DNA of 64,000 nucleotides from Octopus bimaculoides (lineage: Eukaryota). The notes below the pieces were generated by a model. It was not told the origin of the DNA, did not search any database, and saw nothing but the letters and a program-made list of their open reading frames with translations. This document shows, in pieces, positions 12,791 to 25,139 of this stretch. The stretch is taken from NCBI RefSeq assembly GCF_001194135.2, contig NC_068983.1, forward strand, positions 147,804,635 through 147,868,634. Direction: 5' to 3'. The stretch's first letter is position 1, and each line of letters opens with the position of its first letter. The position numbers were made by a program, and so were the translations under genes.

Positions 12791-15149
12791 ATACCACCCT
12801 AGCCACAACCAGCACTACCATGAGGTAGTGCTAGTAGTGGCTCTCTTTCTCCAACTAACCATCGTGTAAAGTAATATTTAACGGTTCGAGTATAATCGGA
12901 TACGAAAAACCTCCCCGCAGCGGAAATAATTGAGAGAGAAAATTTTCTCCTCATGGTTATCTGTGAAAACATAATGAGCACTGGATCGCAGGAAGCGTGC
13001 GTTTATGCAATTTTTCGCTTCTTCGGCTGCAAATGCCAAATCTGTCATTCAGAGACCGATAAGACCGAAATCATTCTTTTGTATATTTAGGAATTTTTTC
13101 TATGAACTCGTCGAAAATCCAGTAAAACCCATATTCAACCGATGAGAAGATAATAATACCGAAATATTATCAAAGTTGTCTCCCATACTTGATGAAATTA
13201 TTTAAACAATCCTAGCCACTTCCCAATATTTTTTTCTCACCAAATATTTATCTCTAATTCGCTTTTTTAATGTTATATGTATTAAGTATTGTAACAGTCA
13301 GTTTCAGCTCATTATTTGCAATATATATTAATACTCAATACTCATGCGAACCAACATTTTTCATAGAAAACCATACTGACCATTACCAAGCAGACCATTA
13401 TCAAGCAGATCATTACCTAACAACGTATTTGATCTCATTTTGCCAGACAAGAATGACAATAATGCACTAATGATGAAAATAACAGAGCCAAACATTTATA
13501 ATGTTGTGCAGAAGCGAGCTGAATGAGTCAGCATTTACAAAGGATTTTACCATTGAACCACAAATATGTGTTTTAATGAATGTCTCCATCCTATTCGCAA
13601 TTAGTACATGTGAAATAATACAAAAGTACATTTCTAAATACATTGGGATTTTAAGGATAATTCCAGGAAATAGCAAGACTATTTTCATTAAATATCAAGG
13701 AATACACACACCAGATTTATTAGCGTTCAATAGTTTTATACATGTTTTCATAATGTACCCAGTCTTTTTTTTATGTAAGAAAGAAAACTGTTGATGTATT
13801 TCTCAAATGATGAACAATAATGATAATAGTAGTTATAATAATGGTTTCTTTTTAGTAGGCACAAGAGAGAAGCGACGAATAATAATAGCAGTAACTACTA
13901 ATATGTTAATTGCTGCTCATACACGTTCAGATATAAGTTCGGGACATTTCGTAAGGGGACAAATTGTTGTAACATTAGAAAGAGTCTAATTATAAGAGGT
14001 ATTTGCTTTCATGAAACATATAATTTTCTCTTCAAGAAGGAAACAATGGAAAAATAATAAAAGATGGCAGTGTATACTATGTGTGTGTGTGTGTGCGCGC
14101 GTCTGTGTTAGGTATATATGCATATGTATACATATACATATTTGTATATATATATATATATTCATATATATATGCACATATGTATATATGCGTATATATA
14201 TATATATATATATATATACGTATATGTATATATATACATATATGTATGTGTATGGTAGCACATACATACAAATGTACACACACACACACATATAAGCGGC
14301 AGTAAAATATAATTGCTTCTATATGAAATTAGACTGTAATTCACTAATGAAACATGACATCAGGTTCATTATCTGGCGAACATGTAACACCTTTAGTTCT
14401 TTAATTCGTTTTAGCCATCGCGGCTCAGACTATTCTGGGGCAACATTTTCAAGTGAAAACATTTGAAATAAGTTTATGCACATTCCTGTAGAATTACTCA
14501 GTTTTCACAGTTATTTTAAAATTGGAAATGGTATTTAAAGTATGACTCATGATTTTAACTAGGACGTAAAGCTACAAAATTTTTTACCATAAGAGAGAAA
14601 TTTTTACCCACCATAACTGCAGTGACTTTGCCTTTGGAAGTTAAAATATGTGACAAACATATTTTAAGTAACCTAAGTTTTAAGTTTGCTTGCGCCTAAA
14701 CACTAATTGGTGCTAATCCTGCTGTAATTTGTTCCGACCTGGTGGTCTAATGGCGCAACTCAGTCAATGTTGCTGGCTGTATTAGTTAAAGATATGGCTT
14801 TAATTAAGAACGCTAAGTGTTGCCTCTCTGTGAAAGGTTAAAAGAACTATTTGGTGAAAAAATTGAAATATCGCCGTTACACGTTGAAAATAAGTGAAAT
14901 ATTTAAAATTTCAGATAATGACTTTTAAAACAAGAAACGATGCTAAATAAGAATAATTAACTGCAAAGTCAATATGTGATACATAAACAGTAAAATGGAA
15001 CTACCTGCTTTGGTGGGTAGGAAAGCCATTTCATTCTCATTTTCATTATATACATAATTTATCCGATATGTGTTTTCATGTACCCCCAATGAATTGCTTT
15101 GTCTGTTTTTGTCTTGTCCTTTCTCTATTGAGGCCTTGCGCCTAATAAA

Positions 15150-16060
15150 AGAAATAAGTGTTGCCTCTCTTCGCTACATCGTTTGCTGCTGAAATCTTTG
15201 CTAGCGTGAGTCTTATTTTTCTGTTGGTGAATTTTTGGTAATTGTTATACTGTTTGTTGTTTTGTGGATTCCTGTGTGAATCGAACTTTTGTCGTCGTTT
15301 CGACGGTGTTTTCGCCATACGGGGCGGAAAATTGTTAATTAATTTTTGTGAAATTTGTCCGGTACAGGGTAAAATATTTTTTTTATACTTTTGTTATTCG
15401 TGACAGAAGGTGGGTTTTTTTTTTTTTGCGTTGTTGTCTGTAAAGACAATATTGTGTCTAAAAAATGGAATTTGATTTAAAATCAAATGAGGATTCCCCC
15501 TCAATGGAAGGAAATATTGAAAGAAAGGAAGGTAAAAAAACCCAGTTTTTCAGCGGCCGTTGGAGGCAACTTTTTAGAGATGAACGTTTCAAAAGAACAA
15601 CTATTTCAGTTCAGAAATCTAATAAAAAAGAAGGGAAGTGACACTAGACTCTTGTCACCACAAGAGACTATAAAAAGCCTGGCATCTAAAATAGTGGTGT
15701 ATAAAATGTATAGCAGAAAGGAAAGAAAATAATGCCTACAAAAACAATGAAACAGTGGAAAAGTATCTGGCGCCCATTTGGGACAAAACTGTGTACATAG
15801 GAAAAGGAGTAAGAAGCGCTACAGTGGAGGCAAAGCAAATATCAACGCAAACATTAAGGAACGACGAAATAATCCCCCTTCCGACATATTTAGGAAGGAG
15901 GACAGCAAAAATTACGATAGAGGAAATACCAACCGAGTACGAGGCGTCATGGTTGGCCGCTGCGGTTATTTATGACGCCGAAGAGGAAATAACTATATTA
16001 CAAATGAGAAAGAGGGAGGCCATTAAGTGAAAAGGCCAAAGCAACCCTGGAAATTGTCGT
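15150..16060 (+). mobile_element. Probable LINE 5'UTR plus ORF1 remnant (L1/Tx1-like), ORF2 absent
   Basis: T/G-rich leader, ATG at 15465 (MEFDLKSNEDSPSM), then frameshifted segments SFSAAV and IPLPTYLGRRTAKITIEEIP. The family assignment is from recalled ORF1 resemblance only. Confidence 0.45.
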
Positions 16061-16307
16061 TCAGGCCCCAAATGAGGTGCTGGAATCAAGGCCAGTAACG
16101 AAGGAATCGATGTCGGTAACCAGTGAAATGTGACGATCAGTGACACGTGGTCCGATAGTCCGATGACGTAATTAAGGTTTCAGTTCAGTGTGTTTTCATG
16201 ATCATTGTCGATGAGGGGAATTACGAGCCCCAGACAGTTGCTGTAGGGAAGGTCTTTCTACATAAGCATGTACGCTATTGTGTTAAAAATAAATGTTTAC
16301 AGTCATA

Positions 16308-17470
16308 TACTTGGTGTATTCCAGAAGGTCTGAGACTTTCTCAGGAGAATTACAAAACACTAATTTCTTTTAATGTAGGATCCTCTGACTTCGGTTGCAC
16401 TTGTTGTGGTACTCCAGCTACTTCGTGAAAGCCCATGGAAGTCTTCCAAAGTAAAGGAGTCCAGGATCTTTGTTATAGTCTTTTCAACTTCTCAGTGTCT
16501 TCAAAATGATTGCCATTGAAGATCTCCTTCAACTAAGGAACAACGAACTGTCGCAGGGAGTACGACGTCTGGACTGTAGCGAGTGTGAGGAGCAGTTTTG
16601 GTGCCCATCTCTGTCAAGTAGTTGGTCACCTGAATGGAGTTTTGGATTGGTGCATTGTCTTAGTGCATGTGCCAACGACTCGAGTGCGACGAAATCTCTT
16701 CCTGAACTCCTTCAAAACCTCCACAAAGTACTCTTTGTTGACCATCTGGCCAGAGGGAACCCAGTGAATGTAGACCATGCCCTTGCTATCGAAAGAAGCG
16801 GAATATTATGAGCTTCCTGATGGACTTACTTTGCTTGGCCTTCTTGGGTCTGGAAGAGCCAGGATACTTCCATTGAGCACTATGTATCTTGACATCTGGA
16901 TCATAACAGTAGATCCATCTTTCTTCACAGGTCACAAGAGACTCGAGTACACTTGGATTGAATGTAATGAGCTCATTTATCTCCCAGCTGCCACCAACAT
17001 GTCTTTCCTTTTATTCGTAGCTAAGTGCCCCAGGAATAATTTTTACATCAATTTTGCGCATCTTCAGATCTTCATGAATAATTCTGTGTACAGTTACCGC
17101 ACCAACTGCAAAATGGATGCCTATTTCCGTTATAGACACATGCCGGTCTTCAACCAGAAAATAGCGAATTTTCTAAACCAACTCTTATGTTCTGGCGTCC
17201 TTTTCCCCCACCACCTCTTATCGTCTCTCACCTCCTTTCTATTGTCCTTGAACTGCTTGTGCCAGCGAAAAGCAGATGCTTAGTTCATACAAGTTAATCT
17301 ATAAACAGTTCGGAACATTTCACAAGTTTCTGTAGCGTTTTTGCCCTCTTTATTGTCTTCACGTCCCGACAACATTCTGTTAACTAGACATCCGTAACAA
17401 GCAGTCTTTAATATGTATGTTCAAAGTGTTTTCACAGCCGTCTTCAATCTGGAATAAACTTTAGCACGTC
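16308..17470 (-). mobile_element. Decayed mariner (Tc1/mariner) transposon
   Basis: Minus strand gives GKNATETCEM, AFRWHKQFK, FDSKGMVYIHWVPSGQMVNKEYFVEVL and LKEIFNGNHFED, with many disablements. The TIRs are only weakly recognisable (shared tattccaga). Confidence 0.85.
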
Positions 17471-17624
17471 AGCTTATTAGATGTATAATAATGATATATT
17501 AAAATTGCAATAATGTAGGACAGTCATAACTGCCTCTCCTAAAGAAGTCTCAAAACTTCTGGAATATATCTACCACGCGCGCGTGCGTGTTTGTGTGTTT
17601 TCAAACATTTACATATGTACATGT

Positions 17625-17858
17625 ATTATTTCTTTACTACCCACAAGGGGCTACACATAGAGGGGACAAACAAAGACAGACAAACGGATTAAGTCGATTA
17701 TATCGACCCAGTGCGTAACTGGTACTTATTTAATCGACCCCGAAAGGAGGATGAAAGGCAAAGTCGACCACGGCGGAATTTGAACTCAGAACGTAGCGGC
17801 AGACGAAATACCACAGCATTTCGCCCGGCGTGCTAACGTTTCTGCCAACTCGCCGCCT
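17625..17858 (-). mobile_element. SINE family C
   Basis: Reverse complement begins ggcggcgagttggcagaaacgttagc and carries the B-box and central domain. Confidence 0.85.
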
Positions 17859-18479
17859 TATATATTTAAATACATACATGTATATACATTATACACATGA
17901 ACACGCATGCACGCAAACACACACATGCATATGCACATACATACAATGAGTGTAGCAGAACAGTTTCACAATTGTTACTACGTATTTCATTGTTGCGATT
18001 TTCGAATGATTATTAATCCGAAGATCGGAAACATATTATTCAAAGTAACTGCTTATGAAACTTGTATTTGTTTTGCAAGATTCTAGATATCGAGACACAT
18101 GTTGAAATAGATGTAGCTGGATCTTAGGAGGGCTATTTTGATAATAAAAACACACGCACTGATTCTATTTCATTTCGTTTATTTTTTTTTTTATGGTTCA
18201 ACTATTTAACATATTAAATTATCTATTGTTTGTTGTCTTAGTAATACAATCGTTCAATGAATGAATCAGTCAATAACATACTTTTGATGCTCAAGAACTG
18301 AAGTTTTGAATTATTTTGTTTCCTTCTTTCATACTCCAAGTTCAAGTCACGATGCTGCATTATTTGTCTTTTATATATACTATTTATTTACCCGTGTTGA
18401 CATAATCTCCTGTACTTTTCAAGGCAATATTTCAGCACAGCCAGGGGGCCAATGTAGAAAGAATTACACAAATATATAG

Positions 18480-18825
18480 GGGCAGGCGTGACCCTGTGGT
18501 AAGAGGCTTGCTTCCCAACCACATGATACCAGTACCTCTGCAAGACAAGTTGGGCAACAATCTTCTTCTACAGCCTTTAGCCGGCTAAAGCCTTGTGAAA
18601 GGACTTAGCAGACGGAAGCCGAAAGAAACCTGTCGTATATATATTTAGGATCTGTCAAGTCTATCTTTGTATTTGTGTTTGTCTTCTACCACCACTACTT
18701 GACAACTGTTGCTGGTTTGTTTACGTCCTTCTAACTTAGCAGTTCGGCAAAAAAAAAACTGATAGAATAAGTACTAGCCTTAAAAATATAGGTACTGGAG
18801 TCGATTCGTTCGACTAAAACCGTTT
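18480..18825 (+). mobile_element. SINE family B, diverged copy
   Basis: Colinear with the reverse complement of 2101-2496. Confidence 0.75.
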
Positions 18826-18879
18826 GTTCCCGGTTATGCTTCAGTAAAGGATAAACAATAAAAGATGTTTTGGCTTTAC

Positions 18880-19014
18880 TCATTATCGTTAGCACACCGG
18901 ACGAAATGCTAAGAGGTATTTCGTCCGTCTTTACGTTTTGAGTTCAAAATCCACCGTGGTCGACTTTGCCTTTCATCCTTTTGGCGTCGATGAAATAAGT
19001 ACCAGTTGAACATT
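18880..19014 (+). mobile_element. SINE family C, 3'-truncated at an (ATT/ATC)n array
   Basis: cgttagcacaccggacgaaatgct...gagttcaaaatcc...central domain. Confidence 0.75.
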
Positions 19015-19040
19015 ATTATTATCATCATCATCATCATCAT

Positions 19041-19072
<32 letters not shown>

Positions 19073-19093
19073 TCATCATCATTGTTATTGTTA

Positions 19094-19164
<71 letters not shown>
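19011..19164. repeat. Compound (ATC)n/(ACC)n/(ATT)n microsatellite
   Basis: Direct reading. Confidence 0.95.
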
Positions 19165-19166
<2 letters not shown>

Positions 19167-19394
19167 GGCGGAGAGCTGGCAGAATCGTTAGCACGCCGGG
19201 CGAAATGCTTAGCAGTATTTCGTCTGTCGTTACGTACTGAGTTCAAATCCGCCGAGGTCAACTTTGCCTTTCATCCTTTTGGCGTCGATGAAATAAGTAC
19301 CAGTTGAACATTGGGGTCGATGTAATCGACTAGCCCCTTTCCCCAAGATTTCAGGCCTTGTGCTTATAGTAGAACGGATTATTATTATTATTAT
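19165..19394 (+). mobile_element. tRNA-derived SINE family C (central gactttgcctttcatcctttcggggtcgataaaataagtacca domain, Meta-domain-like)
   Basis: A-box tggcagaatcg, B-box gagttcaaatcc, conserved central domain and (att)n tail. Confidence 0.85.
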
Positions 19395-20014
19395 TTCACC
19401 CTTGGATGTAAGTTAAAATTTTATGAAAATTATACATGTAATTCCGATTCATGCGTTGCTATGCTAACATTGAGATCCTAATTACGTAAGACGATGTCTG
19501 GCTTTATTGTTTAATGTTGTATTGAAAACAAAATTAATAAGCATTTTAACAACCATGCACATTTTATCGGATTGACAGAATGAATTACAAATTTTATTTT
19601 GAGTTGCCAGAAAATAAGCTTTATTTTTCTGCTATAATCTATCTAATTTTAATTACAAAACTCATTTATTTCAGTAATAATCACATCATGAGACAATACT
19701 ACTCTAGAAAGCAGTGACAGCAAGAACAACAACAATAACGAGAATAAAAACAATGACAGAATTAATTAAACTTTAATTATAATTACTGAGGGAAAACACA
19801 AAATCTAGTTATTAACAAATCAGCAGAACAGATTTGGAAACAACGCTTATTGTTGCCGTTATAATTTTGAATATATTATATTGTTGAATACATAATGAAA
19901 CAAATATTAGAAAACCCAATGCATGTTAGAAGACATTATATTGAGCAGACATTTCAAATGGATTCAAGTCTTATGATCACTAGTAATGAGGAACGGACTT
20001 AATGACATTAAAAT

Positions 20015-20054
<40 letters not shown>

Positions 20055-20450
20055 NNNNNNNNNNCACACATATATTTATTCATTCGACATCCAAAATCCA
20101 AAGATACTGCAGGTGCAAAAACACACCCACGCGTACATACATAAACTGTGTGTGTATGTATGTGTGTGTATGGTGTGTGTGTATGTGTGTCTCTGTGCTA
20201 CTAAAACATGTGAGTCAAGTAAAAGAAAATGTCCTCATTACACAATGCAGCATAAAATGTCATCGCTTTATATCTTAAAACATCCAACATAACGAGTTTC
20301 ATTGCGTGGAATATTTAAGGTAAAAACCTATTTGCAGCAAGTCAATAAGAAACTCAAAGTAGTCAGAAAGTTCCGTTGACTTGCTTGATTTGAATTAATA
20401 TATATAAATTTTACTACCTTCGTTTGTACAAGCTGTATATATATATATAT

Positions 20451-20785
20451 GGGAGAATGTACGAAAAAACAACAACAGACGAGGACAGGTGGTGTAAATA
20501 ACAAAAGGATGTATTAGTATGACGCTCGGGAATACGGAAAGTTTTTGACGTTTCGAGCTACGCTCTTCAACAGAAAGAATACGGAGACAAGGAGAAAAAT
20601 ACGGAGAAAAAAAATTGAATAGTGTTCAGTCAACGGTCAATCATAATGGGGTTGGGGGTTCAACCCACTAAGGGATAGTATCTATCCAGTATACTACTGG
20701 GAGGGTACCCAATTATTGCTACACTAGTGCTATACTAAGTGCAATCAATGGGAGCGGGTAAAAGTGTTCATCCTCTAATTCCTTA
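20451..20785 (-). mobile_element. Short non-coding HHR-bearing element abutting (TA)n; runs into the gap
   Basis: 20451-20640 is the near-identical reverse complement of 44086-44285. The extra 145 nt are hairpin-rich. Confidence 0.75.
20542..20578 (-). ncRNA. Minimal hammerhead motif with variant CUGUUGA core (second copy)
   Basis: UCUUU-CUGUUGA-A-GAGC(gua)GCUC-GAAA-CG-UC-AAAAA. Confidence 0.7.
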
Positions 20786-21477
20786 NNNNNNNNNNNNNNN
20801 NNNNNNNNNNNNNNNNNNNNNNNNNNNNNNNNNNNNNNNNNNNNNNNNNNNNNNNNNNNNNNNNNNNNNNNNNNNNNNNNNNNNNNNNNNNNNNNNNNNN
20901 NNNNNNNNNNNNNNNNNNNNNNNNNNNNNNNNNNNNNNNNNNNNNNNNNNNNNNNNNNNNNNNNNNNNNNNNNNNNNNNNNNNNNNNNNNNNNNNNNNNN
21001 NNNNNNNNNNNNNNNNNNNNNNNNNNNNNNNNNNNNNNNNNNNNNNNNNNNNNNNNNNNNNNNNNNNNNNNNNNNNNNNNNNNNNNNNNNNNNNNNNNNN
21101 NNNNNNNNNNNNNNNNNNNNNNNNNNNNNNNNNNNNNNNNNNNNNNNNNNNNNNNNNNNNNNNNNNNNNNNNNNNNNNNNNNNNNNNNNNNNNNNNNNNN
21201 NNNNNNNNNNNNNNNNNNNNNNNNNNNNNNNNNNNNNNNNNNNNNNNNNNNNNNNNNNNNNNNNNNNNNNNNNNNNNNNNNNNNNNNNNNNNNNNNNNNN
21301 NNNNNNNNNNNNNNNNNNNNNNNNNNNNNNNNNNNNNNNNNNNNNNNNNNNNNNNNNNNNNNNNNNNNNNNNNNNNNNNNNNNNNNNNNNNNNNNNNNNN
21401 NNNNNNNNNNNNNNNNNNNNNNNNNNNNNNNNNNNNNNNNNNNNNNNNNNNTATATATATATATATATATATCTTTG

Positions 21478-21666
21478 AGTGTGTCTTTGTGTTTGTGTGT
21501 GTCCCACCACCGCTTGACAACCGGCGCTGGTGTGCTTACGCCTTGGTAACTTAGCAATTCAGCAAAAGAGACCGTTAGAATAAACACCAGGTGTAACAAA
21601 ACATAGGTACTGGGGTCGAGTCATTCGACTAAAAATTGTTCAAGGCGGTACCCCAGTATGGCCGCA
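21478..21666 (+). mobile_element. SINE family B, 3' half
   Basis: cgcttgacaaccgg...cagcaaaagagaccgttagaata...gactaaaaattgttcaaggcggtaccccagtatggccgca, after the gap. Confidence 0.7.
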
Positions 21667-23372
21667 TATATATCATCCCTTAGGTTCGTTTACGGGAAAC
21701 GTTTTTAAGTACGCATATAAAAGCTCCTTTTGTATTATATCGACTACGACCTAATAGTACTAACTTGCAGTTAGAGTTTAATGGGATTGTACTGAGGTGT
21801 GCCGATATTATGTCGGATAAATGTAGTAATAAAAATAAAGCATGAACTATGATCATAAGAAACACGCGACTTGTGGAAACGCGCGTAGGGATGAATTAAA
21901 ATATTCATGGATTCGGTCTATGGATTGTCATTATTATTACTATATGTATATACTATACATATTATATATATAAATGTATATTTATACACACAGATATATA
22001 TAGTATGTACCTCTATGTATACGCACACACAAACACACACGCATACACACAAACACACACATATATATGCATATATGTACATATATATTTATGCATGTAT
22101 ATATATATACATATACACACACAATATGTATATATATATATATATATNNNNNNNNNNNNNNNNNNNNNNNNNNNNNNNNNNNNNNNNNNNNNNNNNNNNN
22201 NNNNNNNNNNNNNNNNNNNNNNNNNNNNNNNNNNNNNNNNNNNNNNNNNNNNNNNNNNNNNNNNNNNNNNNNNNNNNNNNNNNNNNNNNNNNNNNNNNNN
22301 NNNNNNNNNNNNNNNNNNNNNNNNNNNNNNNNNNNNNNNNNNNNNNNNNNNNNNNNNNNNNNNNNNNNNNNNNNNNNNNNNNNNNNNNNNNNNNNNNNNN
22401 NNNNNNNNNNNNNNNNNNNNNNNNNNNNNNNNNNNNNNNNNNNNNNNNNNNNNNNNNNNNNNNNNNNNNNNNNNNNNNNNNNNNNNNNNNNNNNNNNNNN
22501 NNNNNNNNNNNNNNNNNNNNNNNNNNNNNNNNNNNNNNNNNNNNNNNNNNNNNNNNNNNNNNNNNNNNNNNNNNNNNNNNNNNNNNNNNNNNNNNNNNNN
22601 NNNNNNNNNNNNNNNNNNNNNNNNNNNNNNNNNNNNNNNNNNNNNNNNNNATATATATATATATATACGTATGTATTTCAATGAAAAAGAAGTCTCGCCC
22701 CTCATGCGAAGTAAATAATTTTAAGAATATAGACACTCAACAATGTTATGTTCAACATCTATAAATACACATGACATATTTTTGATAGTGAAAATAAAAG
22801 AAGGAATATTCACTTCTGACTGGCCTGCGTTAATAGCGTAAATAAAATGAATTGCTGTCTGTTAGGAATGAAAGCTACCTCGCTGATTTGGTTCGTTGAT
22901 AGCAGATCTTTTATTCAACGGTATTATGAGTTTGAAAAAAAAAAAAAATGTTGGTCAATCTCATGAAATTAGAGACGTAAATATACTTTCTCCTACTTTC
23001 TCACATACATACACTTACGCATGCGCAAGCACGCAATACATGCACACAGACACACATATACAAACACACGGAGACACATATAATCTTCAACTCGATTATG
23101 CTTTCTCTACATTTAAATACGGTAATAAATTTAGGCATGAAATGAAACAATGAGGCGTACAATTTATATATACATATTTGCATACAGAAGTGTATGATTT
23201 TAAAGTACAATTTAGTATGTCCATATCAATGTGATTATGTATATATACATGCACACATCCACACATACATGAATATATATATCTACCTACGTATCTATCA
23301 ATGTATTCATGCATCTATCATATATTCACTGAGGTTTAACTAGTATCCATCATCAAACAGCTAACAGAGTGT

Positions 23373-23623
23373 TCATTTGCTCTCACTGGTTGACGTTTCA
23401 GGGGTTTCGGCGTTCTCTATCAATACTGCATTTGTAGGCGTCTGCGATCTTCGCACAATCTTGATATTAAATCTCTCGGGAACATTTGTAACTCCAAATT
23501 TACCTTTCAATGATGGTGGCTTTACTCCTGGGGTACATTCAAGCGTAAACTGTTGCAAGATGCCTGCCAAAAATATAAACAGTTCAGCTTTGGCTAACGG
23601 CTCCCCGAAACAACTTCGTTTGC
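23373..23623 (-). CDS. Cytochrome P450 (clan 2), terminal coding exon with heme-binding Cys
   Basis: Acceptor gtttcag|GC AAA CGA AGT TGT joins the previous exon to give FFIGKRSCFGEPLAKAELFIFLAGILQQF (FxxGxRxCxG). The frame is open to the stop at 23373-23375. The ORF track shows only the downstream part (23373..23570). Confidence 0.95.
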
Positions 23624-23720
23624 CTGAAACAGATAAGAATTAAACTTAATATCGATGAAATCACTCATAGGGAACACATATTTGGTTATATATAAAGAAA
23701 ACGCATTATACGCACATGCA

Positions 23721-23752
<32 letters not shown>

Positions 23753-24374
23753 NNNNNNNNNNNNNNNNNNNNNNNNNNNNNNNNNNNNNNNNNNNNNNNN
23801 NNNNNNNNNNNNNNNNNNNNNNNNNNNNNNNNNNNNNNNNNNNNNNNNNNNNNNNNNNNNNNNNNNNNNNNNNNNNNNNNNNNNNNNNNNNNNNNNNNNN
23901 NNNNNNNNNNNNNNNNNNNNNNNNNNNNNNNNNNNNNNNNNNNNNNNNNNNNNNNNNNNNNNNNNNNNNNNNNNNNNNNNNNNNNNNNNNNNNNNNNNNN
24001 NNNNNNNNNNNNNNNNNNNNNNNNNNNNNNNNNNNNNNNNNNNNNNNNNNNNNNNNNNNNNNNNNNNNNNNNNNNNNNNNNNNNNNNNNNNNNNNNNNNN
24101 NNNNNNNNNNNNNNNNNNNNNNNNNNNNNNNNNNNNNNNNNNNNNNNNNNNNNNNNNNNNNNNNNNNNNNNNNNNNNNNNNNNNNNNNNNNNNNNNNNNN
24201 NNNNNNNNNNNNNNNNNNNNNNNNNNNNNNNNNNNNNNNNNNNNNNNNNNNNNNNNNNNNNNNNNNNNNNNNNNNNNNNNNNNNNNNNNNNNNNNNNNNN
24301 NNNNNNNNNNNNNNNNNNNNNNNNNNNNNNNNNNNNNNNNNNNNNNNNNNNNNNNNNNNNNNNNNNNNNNNNNN

Positions 24375-24441
<67 letters not shown>

Positions 24442-24467
24442 GAGACACACACACACACACAGAAAAT

Positions 24468-24635
24468 TTGACTCGGTGAAACAGATGAGCTACTAGGAGA
24501 AGCTACAAGAACTGAACCTGTACTCCTTGGAGAGAAAGTGAGAAAGGTATGCAGTGATACACATATGGAATATCTTGGAAGGTCTAACTCCCAACTCTGG
24601 AATTAAAAGCTATACCAACCACCGAACTGGACGGC
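24468..24635 (+). mobile_element. CR1-clade LINE C-terminal fragment
   Basis: SY*EKLQELNLYSLERK*ERYAVIHIWNILEGLTPN matches the LSYWERLKxLNLYSLERRR motif. Confidence 0.7.
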
Positions 24636-25139
24636 AACAACAATACCTGCAACAGAAGCCGCGAAAACAGAAACAGCAGTAGCACTAGCAGCAACATCAA
24701 ACTCGTTAGCAATAGCAACTAGGGTGACGAAATTTAATGGCTATAATAAAATAATTGCCACCTAGGAAATATACGAATCCAACAGCACTTTCTCCCCTTG
24801 ACCTTATTATTTCATCCCCACTACATGTACAAACACAGATATATACTTAAAAGAGAACATGCCCTTATCCCTGTCCAAGTCGAAGTCTTCCGATCATACC
24901 CCTAGTGATGATGAAGGGAGGAAGGGGGAAGCAAAGCAAAGAAAAAATAGCTGAATGATTAAAAAACTAAATAGTAAAACACGGCACCAGCTCCACATCG
25001 ATCCCAAACAGTGCTAAACCACAAGCATACCATCACGACACCAACTCTAATGGCAGCAACAAAAAAAAAAAACACACAAGCGAAACAATCACGAACATAC
25101 AAAAAAAAAAAAACAGCAGACAAGACTACGTTGACTCCA

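Noticed and set aside
14385-14850. Possible piggyBac-like MITE ending gaaaggttaa
   Set aside because: The left terminus does not give a convincing TIR or TTAA.
23377-23643. Plus-strand 88-aa ORF, and similar antisense ORFs at 41830-42045 and 50240-50446
   Set aside because: Shadow ORFs opposite real P450 exons.
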